A DNA stretch of 58,924 nucleotides, taken from an archaeon 13_1_40CM_2_52_13. GTDB lineage: Archaea > Thermoproteota > Bathyarchaeia > 40CM-2-53-6. This document shows, in pieces, positions 36,258 to 44,694 of this stretch. Numbering within the stretch: the first letter of the stretch is position 1; every line of letters starts with the position of its first letter. The stretch lies in the NCBI GenBank assembly GCA_001919285.1, contig MNHO01000022.1, forward strand, positions 14,444 through 73,367. Reading direction: 5' to 3'. The notes under the pieces were generated by a model. It was given only the letters and a program-made list of their open reading frames with translations. It made no database searches and was not told the DNA's origin. The position numbers were made by a program, and so were the translations under genes.

Positions 36258-36949
36258 TTCTTGTCTCTGTAGTTCTCTCGATACCAGTCGCATCTGTCCG
36301 TGAGCGGGCACACGGGACATCTTGGGCCGATGGGCTTGCAGATCAGCTGGCCGAACTTCACAAAGACTTCGTTCAATGGAAGCCAGTCTTTCCGGTCCAC
36401 TATTTTGGTCAGTTCTTCTTCGGTCTCTTCAGGAGTCTTTGTTTTGACGACTCCAATTCGGTTGAAGATTCTGTGTACGTGCGTGTCGACCGGAATCGCG
36501 GGCCGCTTGAATCCGTAGACCAGTACGCAGTTCGCTGTCTTTCGGCCTACGGAGGGTAGTTTGAGTAGATCCTCGATATCGTCTGGGACTCTGCCTTTGT
36601 ATTCTTTCAGGATGATCCTAGCGACCCGCTTGACGGTCCTAGCCTTGGTATTGTAAAAGCCGACAGGCTTGATGAGTCGGGCTATGGTCCGGGGGTCTGC
36701 TTGGGCGAGTTGCGTTGGCTTTGGATATTTTGCGAAGAGGCGTGAGGATGCCAGGGCGGTGACGGGGTCTTTTGTCCGGTGCGATAGGATGGTTGCTATG
36801 AGGACGCGGAAGGGGTCTCCGTCTGTCGAGTCGCTGATCTCTTGCAGAGCTGTCGGGTCCTCTCTCCTAGCTTTCTCGATCGCATGGGCGGCGTCTTGTA
36901 TTATCCGGTGTAATTCGCGAGGAGAGTGTTTGCTGACGCTCGCCTGCAA
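36254..36949 (-). CDS. nth: endonuclease III (DNA-(apurinic/apyrimidinic site) lyase)
   Basis: The HhH reads LPSVGRKTANCVL and the catalytic region VDTHV. The 4Fe-4S motif reads CKPIGPRCPVCPLTDRC. Its TTG start at 36949 abuts the nfo stop at 36950. Confidence 0.9.
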   Translation of the reverse strand: MQASVSKHSPRELHRIIQDAAHAIEKARREDPTALQEISDSTDGDPFRVLIATILSHRTKDPVTALASSRLFAKYPKPTQLAQADPRTIARLIKPVGFYNTKARTVKRVARIILKEYKGRVPDDIEDLLKLPSVGRKTANCVLVYGFKRPAIPVDTHVHRIFNRIGVVKTKTPEETEEELTKIVDRKDWLPLNEVFVKFGQLICKPIGPRCPVCPLTDRCDWYRENYRDKN

Positions 36950-38926
36950 TTATCTTGCTAGCTTCCTTACGGCTTCTAGGTTCCCTGCGTTGCCTCGTCT
37001 CTCGTCGATCGGTGTTTCGAGTATGAGCGGCTGATCCTTGATGGCTTTATGGTGGAGTATCGCTTTGAATCCTGTCGTCCCAATGTAGCCTAGTCCAATG
37101 TGCTGATGCCGGTCGTGTCCAGAGCCCAGTCCATCTTCGGAATCGTTCAGATGGACGACCTTGAGATTCTCGAAACCGATAGTATCGTCGAACTTTGCAA
37201 GGGTCCTGTCGACCGCCTTCTCCACGTGCAGGTCGTAGCCGGCCGCGTAAGCGTGGCAATTGTGGGTGACTATGAAAGGCGCCGCAAATGTACCGTTTTC
37301 AGCCTCTAGGTTGTAGACGGTCCCCTGAAATTGTTCGACCGCGATTTCTCTTACGGGCACATAGAAGTGCCTCTGATCCCTAAGTATCCGGCGCGGGGCG
37401 GCTGCAGGTAATTCGTATGAAAATCCCAGTTTGCGCGCTTCGTGGCTCGCAACGTGAACAACGTACCAACCAAGGCTAGCAACGGTCCTGCCCTCTATCG
37501 AGGTATGGGAAGGGCGATGCCTAAAGATCGTCCCTCGAATGTCAATTCTCGCTAGCAAATGAACTAACTGGTACGCGACAGTTTTTGAGACGGTTGTGTA
37601 TCTTAATCCCCGGTTATCTACACATCCGTCCCCAGATAGATATCCAAGAAGGAATGCTTTGACGCACACTGGCGATGCCCGTAGGATGAATGACGGGATC
37701 CGTTTGTTCCCAGCATTAGGCCCAAAATTGCCTTTGAAAAAGCGGACTAGGATGTTTGAGCCGACACATACCCTCGACGCAGTTCGAGTTTCGTCAATCC
37801 AAGTCTTCAGAGAAAAGAGTTCCTCTATGAGTTTTCTGGCATGCTCGATGAGAGATTTCTCATGTCGTCCGAATGAAAGGTACATTTTCCCGTTTTCTCC
37901 TCTCTCCCCATTCCCCATGAAAGTAAAACCTTCAGCAAGGTAGAGCCCGAGAAGTTCGGCCAGCATTTCCGTAAGGGGTAGAACGGTTGGAAATGGGAAG
38001 CGCCGCGTTGCTGATCCGATGTAAGGACGAAAGTCCACCCAGTCTTGGCTATGAGCTGAAAGCTTCGGCATAACTACGAAGTATCCGGGCTTCATACTTC
38101 CAGCATACACCCACGTAGGACTGTTCACGAGTCTGATTCTCCACTGTTTCGCGTCAAGGAATTTCCAGCCGTTGGGTCTAAGGCAAAGAACCGGGTGCTC
38201 CGCGGTCACCTGCATCCAGGGCAGTCCTTCCGGCTTGATTGATACCAAGCTTCCTGCGTACGGTCGTCTGAACACTTTCACAACTCGGTCTGCTCTACCA
38301 TCTGAGCCTACCACGGTATCGTTCGGTTTGACGACTTCTACAGGTCTTGGCACATCATTAGTGAAAACCAGAGAACCCGCCGGAAGGCAGGTATCGAGGC
38401 AGACGGCGACGTGGTCTTTCTGCTTGACGCTGTCAAATATCTCTCGGACCTCTTCAAACTTCGAGCCCATGCTGTTGCTGGTGCCGGCCATGTTTTCTAG
38501 GCAGATCTGAAAGTTGCCTTTCGAGTGGTTCGTTGCTTGGTTGAGCGCGTCGCTGATTCTCTTCAGTCCAGTTTCCCTTCCCTTTCCAAGGTGGCTGCCG
38601 AGATGTGTGACTAGGTATGGGATTCCAAGTGCTATGCAACGGTCAACCTCTGCGACTAGAGTGTCGACAGATTTCTTGTAGAGTTCGTCCTCGGGACAGG
38701 AAAGGTTAGGCAGATACGGCATATGATCAACAACAGGTCCGAGGCCGCTCTTCTCGAGTTTTTCTCGGAAGCTCTTCACTTCGTCTGGATCGAGGCTGCT
38801 GAACTTCCACCCTCTAGGGTTCCGGGTGAAGACTTGGAAAGTATCACACTTCTCCGCAACTGCGGTGTCTACTGCGTTGTCGAAGGATTTGGCGATGGAG
38901 ACGTGGACCCCGACCTTGACCGTGAT
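36950..38926 (-). CDS. nfo: endonuclease IV (deoxyribonuclease IV) interrupted by an intein
   Basis: The exteins read ...VKVGVHVSIAKSF...FQVFTRNPRGW...YLVTHLGSH...CLENMAG...VAVCLDT | CHAYAAGYDL...VHLNDS...GSGHDRHQHIG. Conserved N-terminal sequence extends upstream of the track ATG (38779) to the TGA at 38930-38932, and only ATC (38924-38926) or ACG is available as a start. Confidence 0.85.
   Translation of the reverse strand: MTVKVGVHVSIAKSFDNAVDTAVAEKCDTFQVFTRNPRGWKFSSLDPDEVKSFREKLEKSGLGPVVDHMPYLPNLSCPEDELYKKSVDTLVAEVDRCIALGIPYLVTHLGSHLGKGRETGLKRISDALNQATNHSKGNFQICLENMAGTSNSMGSKFEEVREIFDSVKQKDHVAVCLDTCLPAGSLVFTNDVPRPVEVVKPNDTVVGSDGRADRVVKVFRRPYAGSLVSIKPEGLPWMQVTAEHPVLCLRPNGWKFLDAKQWRIRLVNSPTWVYAGSMKPGYFVVMPKLSAHSQDWVDFRPYIGSATRRFPFPTVLPLTEMLAELLGLYLAEGFTFMGNGERGENGKMYLSFGRHEKSLIEHARKLIEELFSLKTWIDETRTASRVCVGSNILVRFFKGNFGPNAGNKRIPSFILRASPVCVKAFLLGYLSGDGCVDNRGLRYTTVSKTVAYQLVHLLARIDIRGTIFRHRPSHTSIEGRTVASLGWYVVHVASHEARKLGFSYELPAAAPRRILRDQRHFYVPVREIAVEQFQGTVYNLEAENGTFAAPFIVTHNCHAYAAGYDLHVEKAVDRTLAKFDDTIGFENLKVVHLNDSEDGLGSGHDRHQHIGLGYIGTTGFKAILHHKAIKDQPLILETPIDERRGNAGNLEAVRKLAR
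37259..38389 (-). mobile_element. intein (377 aa) with a LAGLIDADG homing endonuclease domain
   Basis: Block A reads CLPAGSLVF (Cys1) and block B TAEHPVL. The LAGLIDADG motifs are LLGLYLAEGF and LLGYLSGDGCV. Blocks F/G read VYNLEAENGTFAA..FIVTHN, followed by the +1 Cys of CHAYAAGYD. Confidence 0.85.
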
Positions 38927-39016
38927 GCGTCACTCGTCAGCCGTCACGTTGCTGTCTGGTAGATAGCTTTGGCTAGGTTAGAAGAAGAGTTGGAGTTGGA
39001 GAGAGGGAGAGACTTG

Positions 39017-39517
39017 TCAGAGCTTGCCTTTTAGCGCGTCCAGGATTTCCTGTGGGTGTTGGTCTGGCTTTACTGTCTGGAATGTTTTGAGAATTTTGCC
39101 GTGTTCATCGATGAGAAACGTGACTCTCCTAGAGGTGTTCGATTTCTCGTTGAGGACGCCGTAGGCTTTGCTGACGCTCTTGTCCGTGTCTGCGAGGAGC
39201 GGGAACGGGAGGTGGTATTTCTCGGTGAACTTTTGATGGGAGGCTGTGCTGTCTACACTAACACCTAGTACCTCGGCGCCTTGCTCACGGATCTTCTGGT
39301 ACTCGTCGCGGAGTCCGCAAGCCTCGACTGTGCAGCCTGGAGTATCGTCTTTGGGGTAGAAGTAGAGGACGAGTTTCTTGCCGTGAAAGTCGCCTAGATG
39401 AACTGTCTTGCCAGTGGTGGTCTGGGCGGTAAAGTCCGGTGCAGCGGTTCCTGGTTGCGGAGCTGTTAGGGTTTCCATTGCTGGAGTGTCGTGTTTGTTT
39501 GGCTGATTTATGGGCAT
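39017..39517 (-). CDS. bcp: peroxiredoxin (Bcp-type thiol peroxidase)
   Basis: It has FYPKDDTPGCTVEAC and FPLLAD blocks. Confidence 0.85.
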   Translation of the reverse strand: MPINQPNKHDTPAMETLTAPQPGTAAPDFTAQTTTGKTVHLGDFHGKKLVLYFYPKDDTPGCTVEACGLRDEYQKIREQGAEVLGVSVDSTASHQKFTEKYHLPFPLLADTDKSVSKAYGVLNEKSNTSRRVTFLIDEHGKILKTFQTVKPDQHPQEILDALKGKL

Positions 39518-40166
39518 CGCTCTCGAGGAGGTATGCGACAGTTACGCCTGTTTTCTTTGAGCTCTAGGAGTCTTGTATGAAGACCGAGTCATAGTGTATT
39601 CATGTTCGTCGATCCTCGGAGAGTAAGGGAAAGAGACAGATGGCGAATCTGGATTCTTCAGGTGCTGCGAAGAATCGCCTAAGAGAGAACGCGGAATCTC
39701 GCACTCGCGTCAGAGAGGAAAAATTCCTACCCCTTTTTTTCTGGAGAGGCTCTCGCCAGCTGGAACGTTTCTCGGCGAGGATTCCGGTTTAGAACGCAGA
39801 ATAGGCTTGAATAAGGATCTCCTCGACCGGATTTTACCCTAGGGTCCAACGTGAAATACTCTGGTCCCGAGATGGCATGCTCAGATTTGGGATTCGGGCG
39901 TATTATGGCCGATTTCAGGATCGTGCTTGATAGGCATCGTTCCATCTCTACCTTTCCTTAGATAAAAAGTAGAAAATGTTTCCATGAAAGAATCCAGAAA
40001 GAGAATGGGACTCAGAGTATTGGACAATAGACAACGGATTCGGGGTCATCAGGAATCATTTCGCGGAAAATCGTACACTAGCTTAAAATATTCAACGACC
40101 CGAGAATAGTGTGTTTTAGGAGCAAGACATCGAAAAATCTTGCCGGATGATGGAGAGTGCACGTGA

Positions 40167-41717
40167 TTGACCAGGATTGTCCTTACCGCTGATTCCACCC
40201 AGATGAGCGAGTACTGGGGCATACCTCTACTTCCATTCTTCAGCTGCGCTCCTGCTGAGAAGGTTCCCCGTTTCGTCTTCGACTTCCTATCCCCCTCAGT
40301 CCGGCACAATAACGGCGTGGCAGAGAAAGCGCCTTACGGGCTTAGGAAGCTGGAGTCTTCGCTTCTAAGAAAATACGGCGCGGATGAGGTGGTGGTTGCT
40401 CACCCGGACCACGTGTCCAAATTCGTAGACGACAAAACGAGTATTATCGGAATATCGACGATGGACCCGATGGGCTTGGGACCGGTGAGCATGATGTTCA
40501 CCGACGGTGGAAAGCTTACCGCGTATACGAAGAGAAAATTCCTCGAGCTTGTCGGAGATATCAACAAGACCCGGAAAAAGTTCCCCAAAGCCAAACTGGT
40601 TCTAGGTGGATCCGGGGGCTGGCAGATGGAGGTCCGCGACCGAGACACCAGAGCGCTCGGCGTCAACCACGTGGTGATAGGCGAATGCGACCATGTAATT
40701 GGAGACATTTACAACGACATCGAGTCCAACAATAGCCCCGAGTTCATTCACGTTCCCCGTGGGCCCAAGCTGGAGGACATTCCCGACATTCAGGCTCCTT
40801 CGACTCATGGGCTTGTCGAGGTCATGCGGGGATGCGGCCGCAACTGCCAGTTCTGCGAGCCTAACCTACGAATCGCAAAGTACTATCCATCGGACAAGAT
40901 AGAGCGAGAAATCGCGGTTAATCGGAAGATCGGCAACCCGAACGTCTGGGTCCACAGTGAGGATATCTTCCTCTACAAGCTGGAGGACAAGAGAGGCTTC
41001 ATGCCCAACCATGACGCAGTAGTTGACCTCTTCAACACGGTCATGTCCCAGAAAGGAATAGGCTACGCCAATCCCACGCATGGGACGGCTGCTCCAGCAT
41101 GGGCTGATCCTGATCTAATCCGGGACATTTCCGAGACTGTTCTGAAGGGGTCTAAGCGGCATATTGGAATCCAGTCAGGTCTAGAAACAGGGTCCAGCGA
41201 ACTGATCAAGAAGTACATGCCGTTGAAGGTGAAGCCGTTCAGCCCGGACGAGTGGCAGGACGTAATCTACAACGGGACCCGGATATTCAACGAGTACTAC
41301 TGGTTCCCGGCCTACACCATCATCGTCGGGCTGCCCGGGGAGACGGCTGAGGATGCAGTGGAAACTGTCCGTCTCATAGATCGGATGGAGCATGGACTGA
41401 AGAAGGAGGTCGGTGTCAAAGCACACTTCACCGTGACCCCGCTCAGCTTCGTCCCGTTGGGGGTGTTGAAGAAGAGCGGATTCTACAATATCGACGACCA
41501 GGTCGACGAGGCCCGCTTCTGGGTCATATACCGCAGCTGGAGACACACAGTGCTGGAATTGCACACGATGCCGCCCACGCTTCTGCAGCTAAACCCAGTT
41601 CTGAAGGGGGTCTTCACGACGCTCTGCTGGTTCGGGTCAAAGAAGATTCTCGACGGGATCAAAGCCTGGGGACGAAGACGCGGCTTCGACGCCGACAAGA
41701 GCCTACGACTAAACTAG
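40167..41717 (+). CDS. B12-binding-domain-like radical SAM protein of unknown function
   Basis: This is a 516 aa ORF. MRGCGRNCQFC is the CX3CX2C cluster. The N-terminal Rossmann-like segment (IIGISTMDP...LVLGGSG) is typical of archaeal B12/rSAM families. Confidence 0.75.
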   Translation: MTRIVLTADSTQMSEYWGIPLLPFFSCAPAEKVPRFVFDFLSPSVRHNNGVAEKAPYGLRKLESSLLRKYGADEVVVAHPDHVSKFVDDKTSIIGISTMDPMGLGPVSMMFTDGGKLTAYTKRKFLELVGDINKTRKKFPKAKLVLGGSGGWQMEVRDRDTRALGVNHVVIGECDHVIGDIYNDIESNNSPEFIHVPRGPKLEDIPDIQAPSTHGLVEVMRGCGRNCQFCEPNLRIAKYYPSDKIEREIAVNRKIGNPNVWVHSEDIFLYKLEDKRGFMPNHDAVVDLFNTVMSQKGIGYANPTHGTAAPAWADPDLIRDISETVLKGSKRHIGIQSGLETGSSELIKKYMPLKVKPFSPDEWQDVIYNGTRIFNEYYWFPAYTIIVGLPGETAEDAVETVRLIDRMEHGLKKEVGVKAHFTVTPLSFVPLGVLKKSGFYNIDDQVDEARFWVIYRSWRHTVLELHTMPPTLLQLNPVLKGVFTTLCWFGSKKILDGIKAWGRRRGFDADKSLRLN

Positions 41718-41736
41718 GAACCCTGGACTAGCCCTC

Positions 41737-42135
41737 TCACCAGATTCTCTTCAATCCCTTGAGCTTGTCGAAGACTTTGTCAGTGGATACGACTTTCCCA
41801 TCGAGGACCTTCGCCTCGGCTGCAACTCCAGCGTCAAAATAGTCTGTTCCCTCCTCGCCTTCTATTTTGTCCGAAAGATACAGGACTGTTGGTGAGAGGG
41901 CCCTAACCTTTACCGTTGAGGGAGGATAGTCTTTGGCAAGCAGTGCATGTTGCAGCATCCTCTGTTTATAGCTGAAACCTCGGCTCTTCATGACGATGTC
42001 GAATTCGAGCAATGCAAAACTCGCTAGATAGTAATCTGGCTCTGCGAGACGGGCTAGAAACCGCTTGGACTTGTCGTGGGCAGCATCCTTAGGGTCCACG
42101 GCCCCAAAGAGCACTACCGTATCGAGAACGGGCAA
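41737..42135 (-). CDS. vapC: PIN domain toxin (VapC-like)
   Basis: This is a 132 aa ORF. The acidic residues are in PIN positions (VLDT, LLEFD, YFDAGVAAEA, STD). It lies immediately downstream of an AbrB-type gene. Confidence 0.75.
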   Translation of the reverse strand: MPVLDTVVLFGAVDPKDAAHDKSKRFLARLAEPDYYLASFALLEFDIVMKSRGFSYKQRMLQHALLAKDYPPSTVKVRALSPTVLYLSDKIEGEEGTDYFDAGVAAEAKVLDGKVVSTDKVFDKLKGLKRIW

Positions 42136-42141
42136 GAATTC

Positions 42142-42375
42142 CTAGTTCTTCGTGAAAATGAAACGAGAAGCCTCATGATCCCGCTCCTTATAGCGAAATC
42201 CAGGGAGAGAAGTGTTGAAGCTCTTCCTCTTAAGAGAGACCATCAAGACCCCTTCCGAAGACGGAATCGCCAACACGTTGTCTCCAGGCTCAACCTTCAA
42301 GAACTCGCGAACCTCCCTGTCCAACACAACCCGGTAGCGATCATCCACTCTAAGCACGGCCATTGCCTTTCCCAC
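42142..42375 (-). CDS. vapB: AbrB/SpoVT-type antitoxin (VapB-like)
   Basis: This is a 77 aa ORF. VLRVDDRYRVVLDREVREFLKVEPGDNVLAIPSSEGVLMV is a swapped-hairpin AbrB-like pattern. Confidence 0.7.
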   Translation of the reverse strand: MGKAMAVLRVDDRYRVVLDREVREFLKVEPGDNVLAIPSSEGVLMVSLKRKSFNTSLPGFRYKERDHEASRFIFTKN

Positions 42376-42431
42376 ATTACTAACGTTTCTCCCACGATTA
42401 AATCTTTCCTGCCCTGGTCAGCCCTGGGCCA

Positions 42432-42938
42432 TTACGACAGCTTCGGAACATCTGATTCCAGGTAAGCTTTGCTTGCTGTTTGAAGGGCGGTTACAATTGT
42501 TTGATTGACAGAATCATCTTGGCGTTGCTTGAGCCCGACCAACGCATATCGTCTTTTCTGTTCAAGAATATTGGCAGTCATAGATAGAATCTTTTCCTTG
42601 GTTTGTACAGGATCTAAGGTTGTGAGCACCAGTTCGACACCAGTCTTCTCCGCCCATAGTGTGCCTACAGGCGACCTTGCCAGAGGAGTCAGATCAGCCC
42701 AGGCCTCCCTTGATGCCTTCACGACTTCGTTCTTGACATTGTAGGGGCCCTGTCGAACCTTCTCTGAGGCGATTAGTTGTCTGGCGTATTCTAACGCATG
42801 TGATATTTCGTCGTCTCGAAAGAGATGAACCCGAAGACCCGTTACGCGGGCCACGATCGAAACCGCGTCAGGAACCGGGACTTCGTTCCCGGGATATTTC
42901 TGAAGTTCTCGCTTGGCACTAAATAATTCACTGCCCAA
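42432..42938 (-). CDS. hypothetical protein
   Basis: This is a 168 aa ORF with no recognisable family. Confidence 0.35.
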   Translation of the reverse strand: MGSELFSAKRELQKYPGNEVPVPDAVSIVARVTGLRVHLFRDDEISHALEYARQLIASEKVRQGPYNVKNEVVKASREAWADLTPLARSPVGTLWAEKTGVELVLTTLDPVQTKEKILSMTANILEQKRRYALVGLKQRQDDSVNQTIVTALQTASKAYLESDVPKLS

Positions 42939-43233
42939 TAAGCGATACCATAATTCAAGAAACAGTTGCGAGTCTTAGGTTGGTGTCCCAGGGAAAAGTA
43001 CGCAGGTCCACGACAGCCTGACGGGACTGTGGAGAAGGTGATTGTCGAGATGACAGCCTCGACCCGTAAATTAGAAGCTCCGGAGGAGGGCTCCCCAGCG
43101 GCTTACACAGGCAGTTGCTAGTTTCCGCTTTGCCTCTGGGTCTTTCGCCTAACCACTCTGCCCCGACGAAGAGTGCCGATTATTCTGCTCGCAGCCTTCT
43201 TGGGTCGAGTGCACGATTCTCCCTCTCTCTCGG

Positions 43234-43515
43234 TCATATGACTAGACCTCTAACAATCTCTCGTGCAAGCGGGAGTAGACCGCTTCTTCCCCCATAGCCT
43301 ACATCACCTACTAAGAGCCAGAAATTATCGTCAGGACGATCATTCGGATCGAAGAAGTCAGACTTGATTCTAACTCCGCGCTTGGTGAATAAGCCGACCG
43401 TGTCGATCCAGCCTTTTGAGCTTCTTCCCACGATATGGGCGAACCGGGAGCATATTCCACAATCATTGTCGTAGAGAAGGATCGGCCGGGCAAGTGGCAG
43501 AGAAGACTCCTCCAC
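43234..43515 (-). CDS. DCC1-like thiol-disulfide oxidoreductase (DUF393), possibly C-terminally short
   Basis: PILLYDNDCGICSRFAHIV is the DUF393 CxxC N-terminus. The ORF is only 93 aa. Confidence 0.55.
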   Translation of the reverse strand: MEESSLPLARPILLYDNDCGICSRFAHIVGRSSKGWIDTVGLFTKRGVRIKSDFFDPNDRPDDNFWLLVGDVGYGGRSGLLPLAREIVRGLVI

Positions 43516-43572
43516 ATGGATCTAGGGCTATCAGTAGACTGTAAGTCTTTCCGAACGGAAGAGGTCTCTCTG

Positions 43573-43902
43573 ATGGCACGAGAGCCTAGGCTGATTATCC
43601 GCTTACTTAGCGCGCGCCGTAGCTGCCTTGGCTGCGAGGGCCGCGAATTCCTGACGGCCGAAGGCCGTGCCTGAGAGGCCTCATCCCGGCGTCTTCGAAA
43701 TATGCAGAAAGAAGGCTTGATTGAAAGGACAGTAAGGTCGGACCGAATCACATACTTGTTAACTCCTCGTGGAGAAGACGCTGCGTACGTACTGTTGGCA
43801 TTCTTGCGCTACGGGCTGAGGTATTATGCGGCCTCGGCAGAGGTTGCAAGAATGAAGCCTCTTCCTTCGTTCCAAGACTTGATCAGAGAATACTATCGTT
43901 GA
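43573..43902 (+). pseudogene. winged-helix regulator interrupted by an in-frame TGA
   Basis: The two track ORFs (43435..43674 and 43702..43902) are in the same frame. The joined translation is MAREPRLIIRLLS...REFLTAEGRA*EASSRRLRNMQKEGLIERTVRSDRITYLLTPRGEDA. It reads like one wHTH with the stop (43672-43674) inside the recognition-helix region. Confidence 0.45.
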
Positions 43903-43983
43903 AGCGTTCTGAAGTATACGAACCCAGCAATGCATTCAGGTTCTCTAAAAGACCAAACGGTTCTATTCTTGGGATTCGAAACG

Positions 43984-44643
43984 TCAAGGCCGAAGCGAAG
44001 GATGATGACCCGAAATGCGCAAGAGCCGTATGGCAACGACTTCGATCCAGAGAAACGTCGCGGCAAGGAACAATCGTTGAAAGAGTCCGACAAACCCGAG
44101 ATAGCCAAGGGACGCGGCCGAGAAGACCAAGAACAGGCCGATGGCTATGAGCCCTGTGACCAGAGAGTAGGACCGATAGCCTTTCCAACGATCATCACTG
44201 TTCAAGCCCAAGGAAAATAGAAAGGGCGCAAGTGCGATCGCTACGAAATCAATGACTGCGTCCACGTTGTGCGTTAGCTGAGAAACGGACTGCGCGGTTA
44301 TAGGACAACCCGGGTCGCACGGAAAGAATCCTCCGGCCCCTTCTCCGGCGCCAAAGACTCCTAGCAGAATCGAACCCATCCGAGTCCATCGTACTCCACG
44401 GATGTTTGCGAAGAGTCCTGTTGCAAACACGATGATTAGGAGACCGGTGACGACGAAGTTTGCATTCATGATAGTAGCGTTAGGACCAGTGCCCAATTCG
44501 CTACCGTACTGGCTGAGCTGGTCATATCCAGGTCTCATCAAGCTGGCGACAGTCCAGAGAACCAGCATCAAAACAGGAGCAGTCATGCCGCAGAGTGCAA
44601 CAAAGCGGAACACCGCGCCCGCGCGTGAATTGATCATCAACAA
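43984..44643 (-). CDS. DUF998-like membrane protein
   Basis: This is a 219 aa ORF with about 6 TM segments. Its pattern is similar to the second paralog at 54824..55462. Confidence 0.5.
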   Translation of the reverse strand: MLMINSRAGAVFRFVALCGMTAPVLMLVLWTVASLMRPGYDQLSQYGSELGTGPNATIMNANFVVTGLLIIVFATGLFANIRGVRWTRMGSILLGVFGAGEGAGGFFPCDPGCPITAQSVSQLTHNVDAVIDFVAIALAPFLFSLGLNSDDRWKGYRSYSLVTGLIAIGLFLVFSAASLGYLGFVGLFQRLFLAATFLWIEVVAIRLLRISGHHPSLRP

Positions 44644-44694
44644 GACCGGTCTAACGATATGAGCCCAACGATCCCCAAGCCTTGATGACTTCCG

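Noticed and set aside
40147-40200. C/D-box sRNA-like arrangement (GATGATGG ... GTGATTGA ... CTGA).
   Set aside because: The boxes are imperfect and no terminal stem is present. The segment overlaps the start of the radical SAM CDS, whose coding explains the sequence.
43672-43674. In-frame TGA as a selenocysteine codon.
   Set aside because: I saw no SECIS-like hairpin in the short 3' region. Nothing in the window points to Sec machinery, and a Sec in an HTH helix has no precedent I know of. I treat it as a pseudogene, an error or readthrough until tested.
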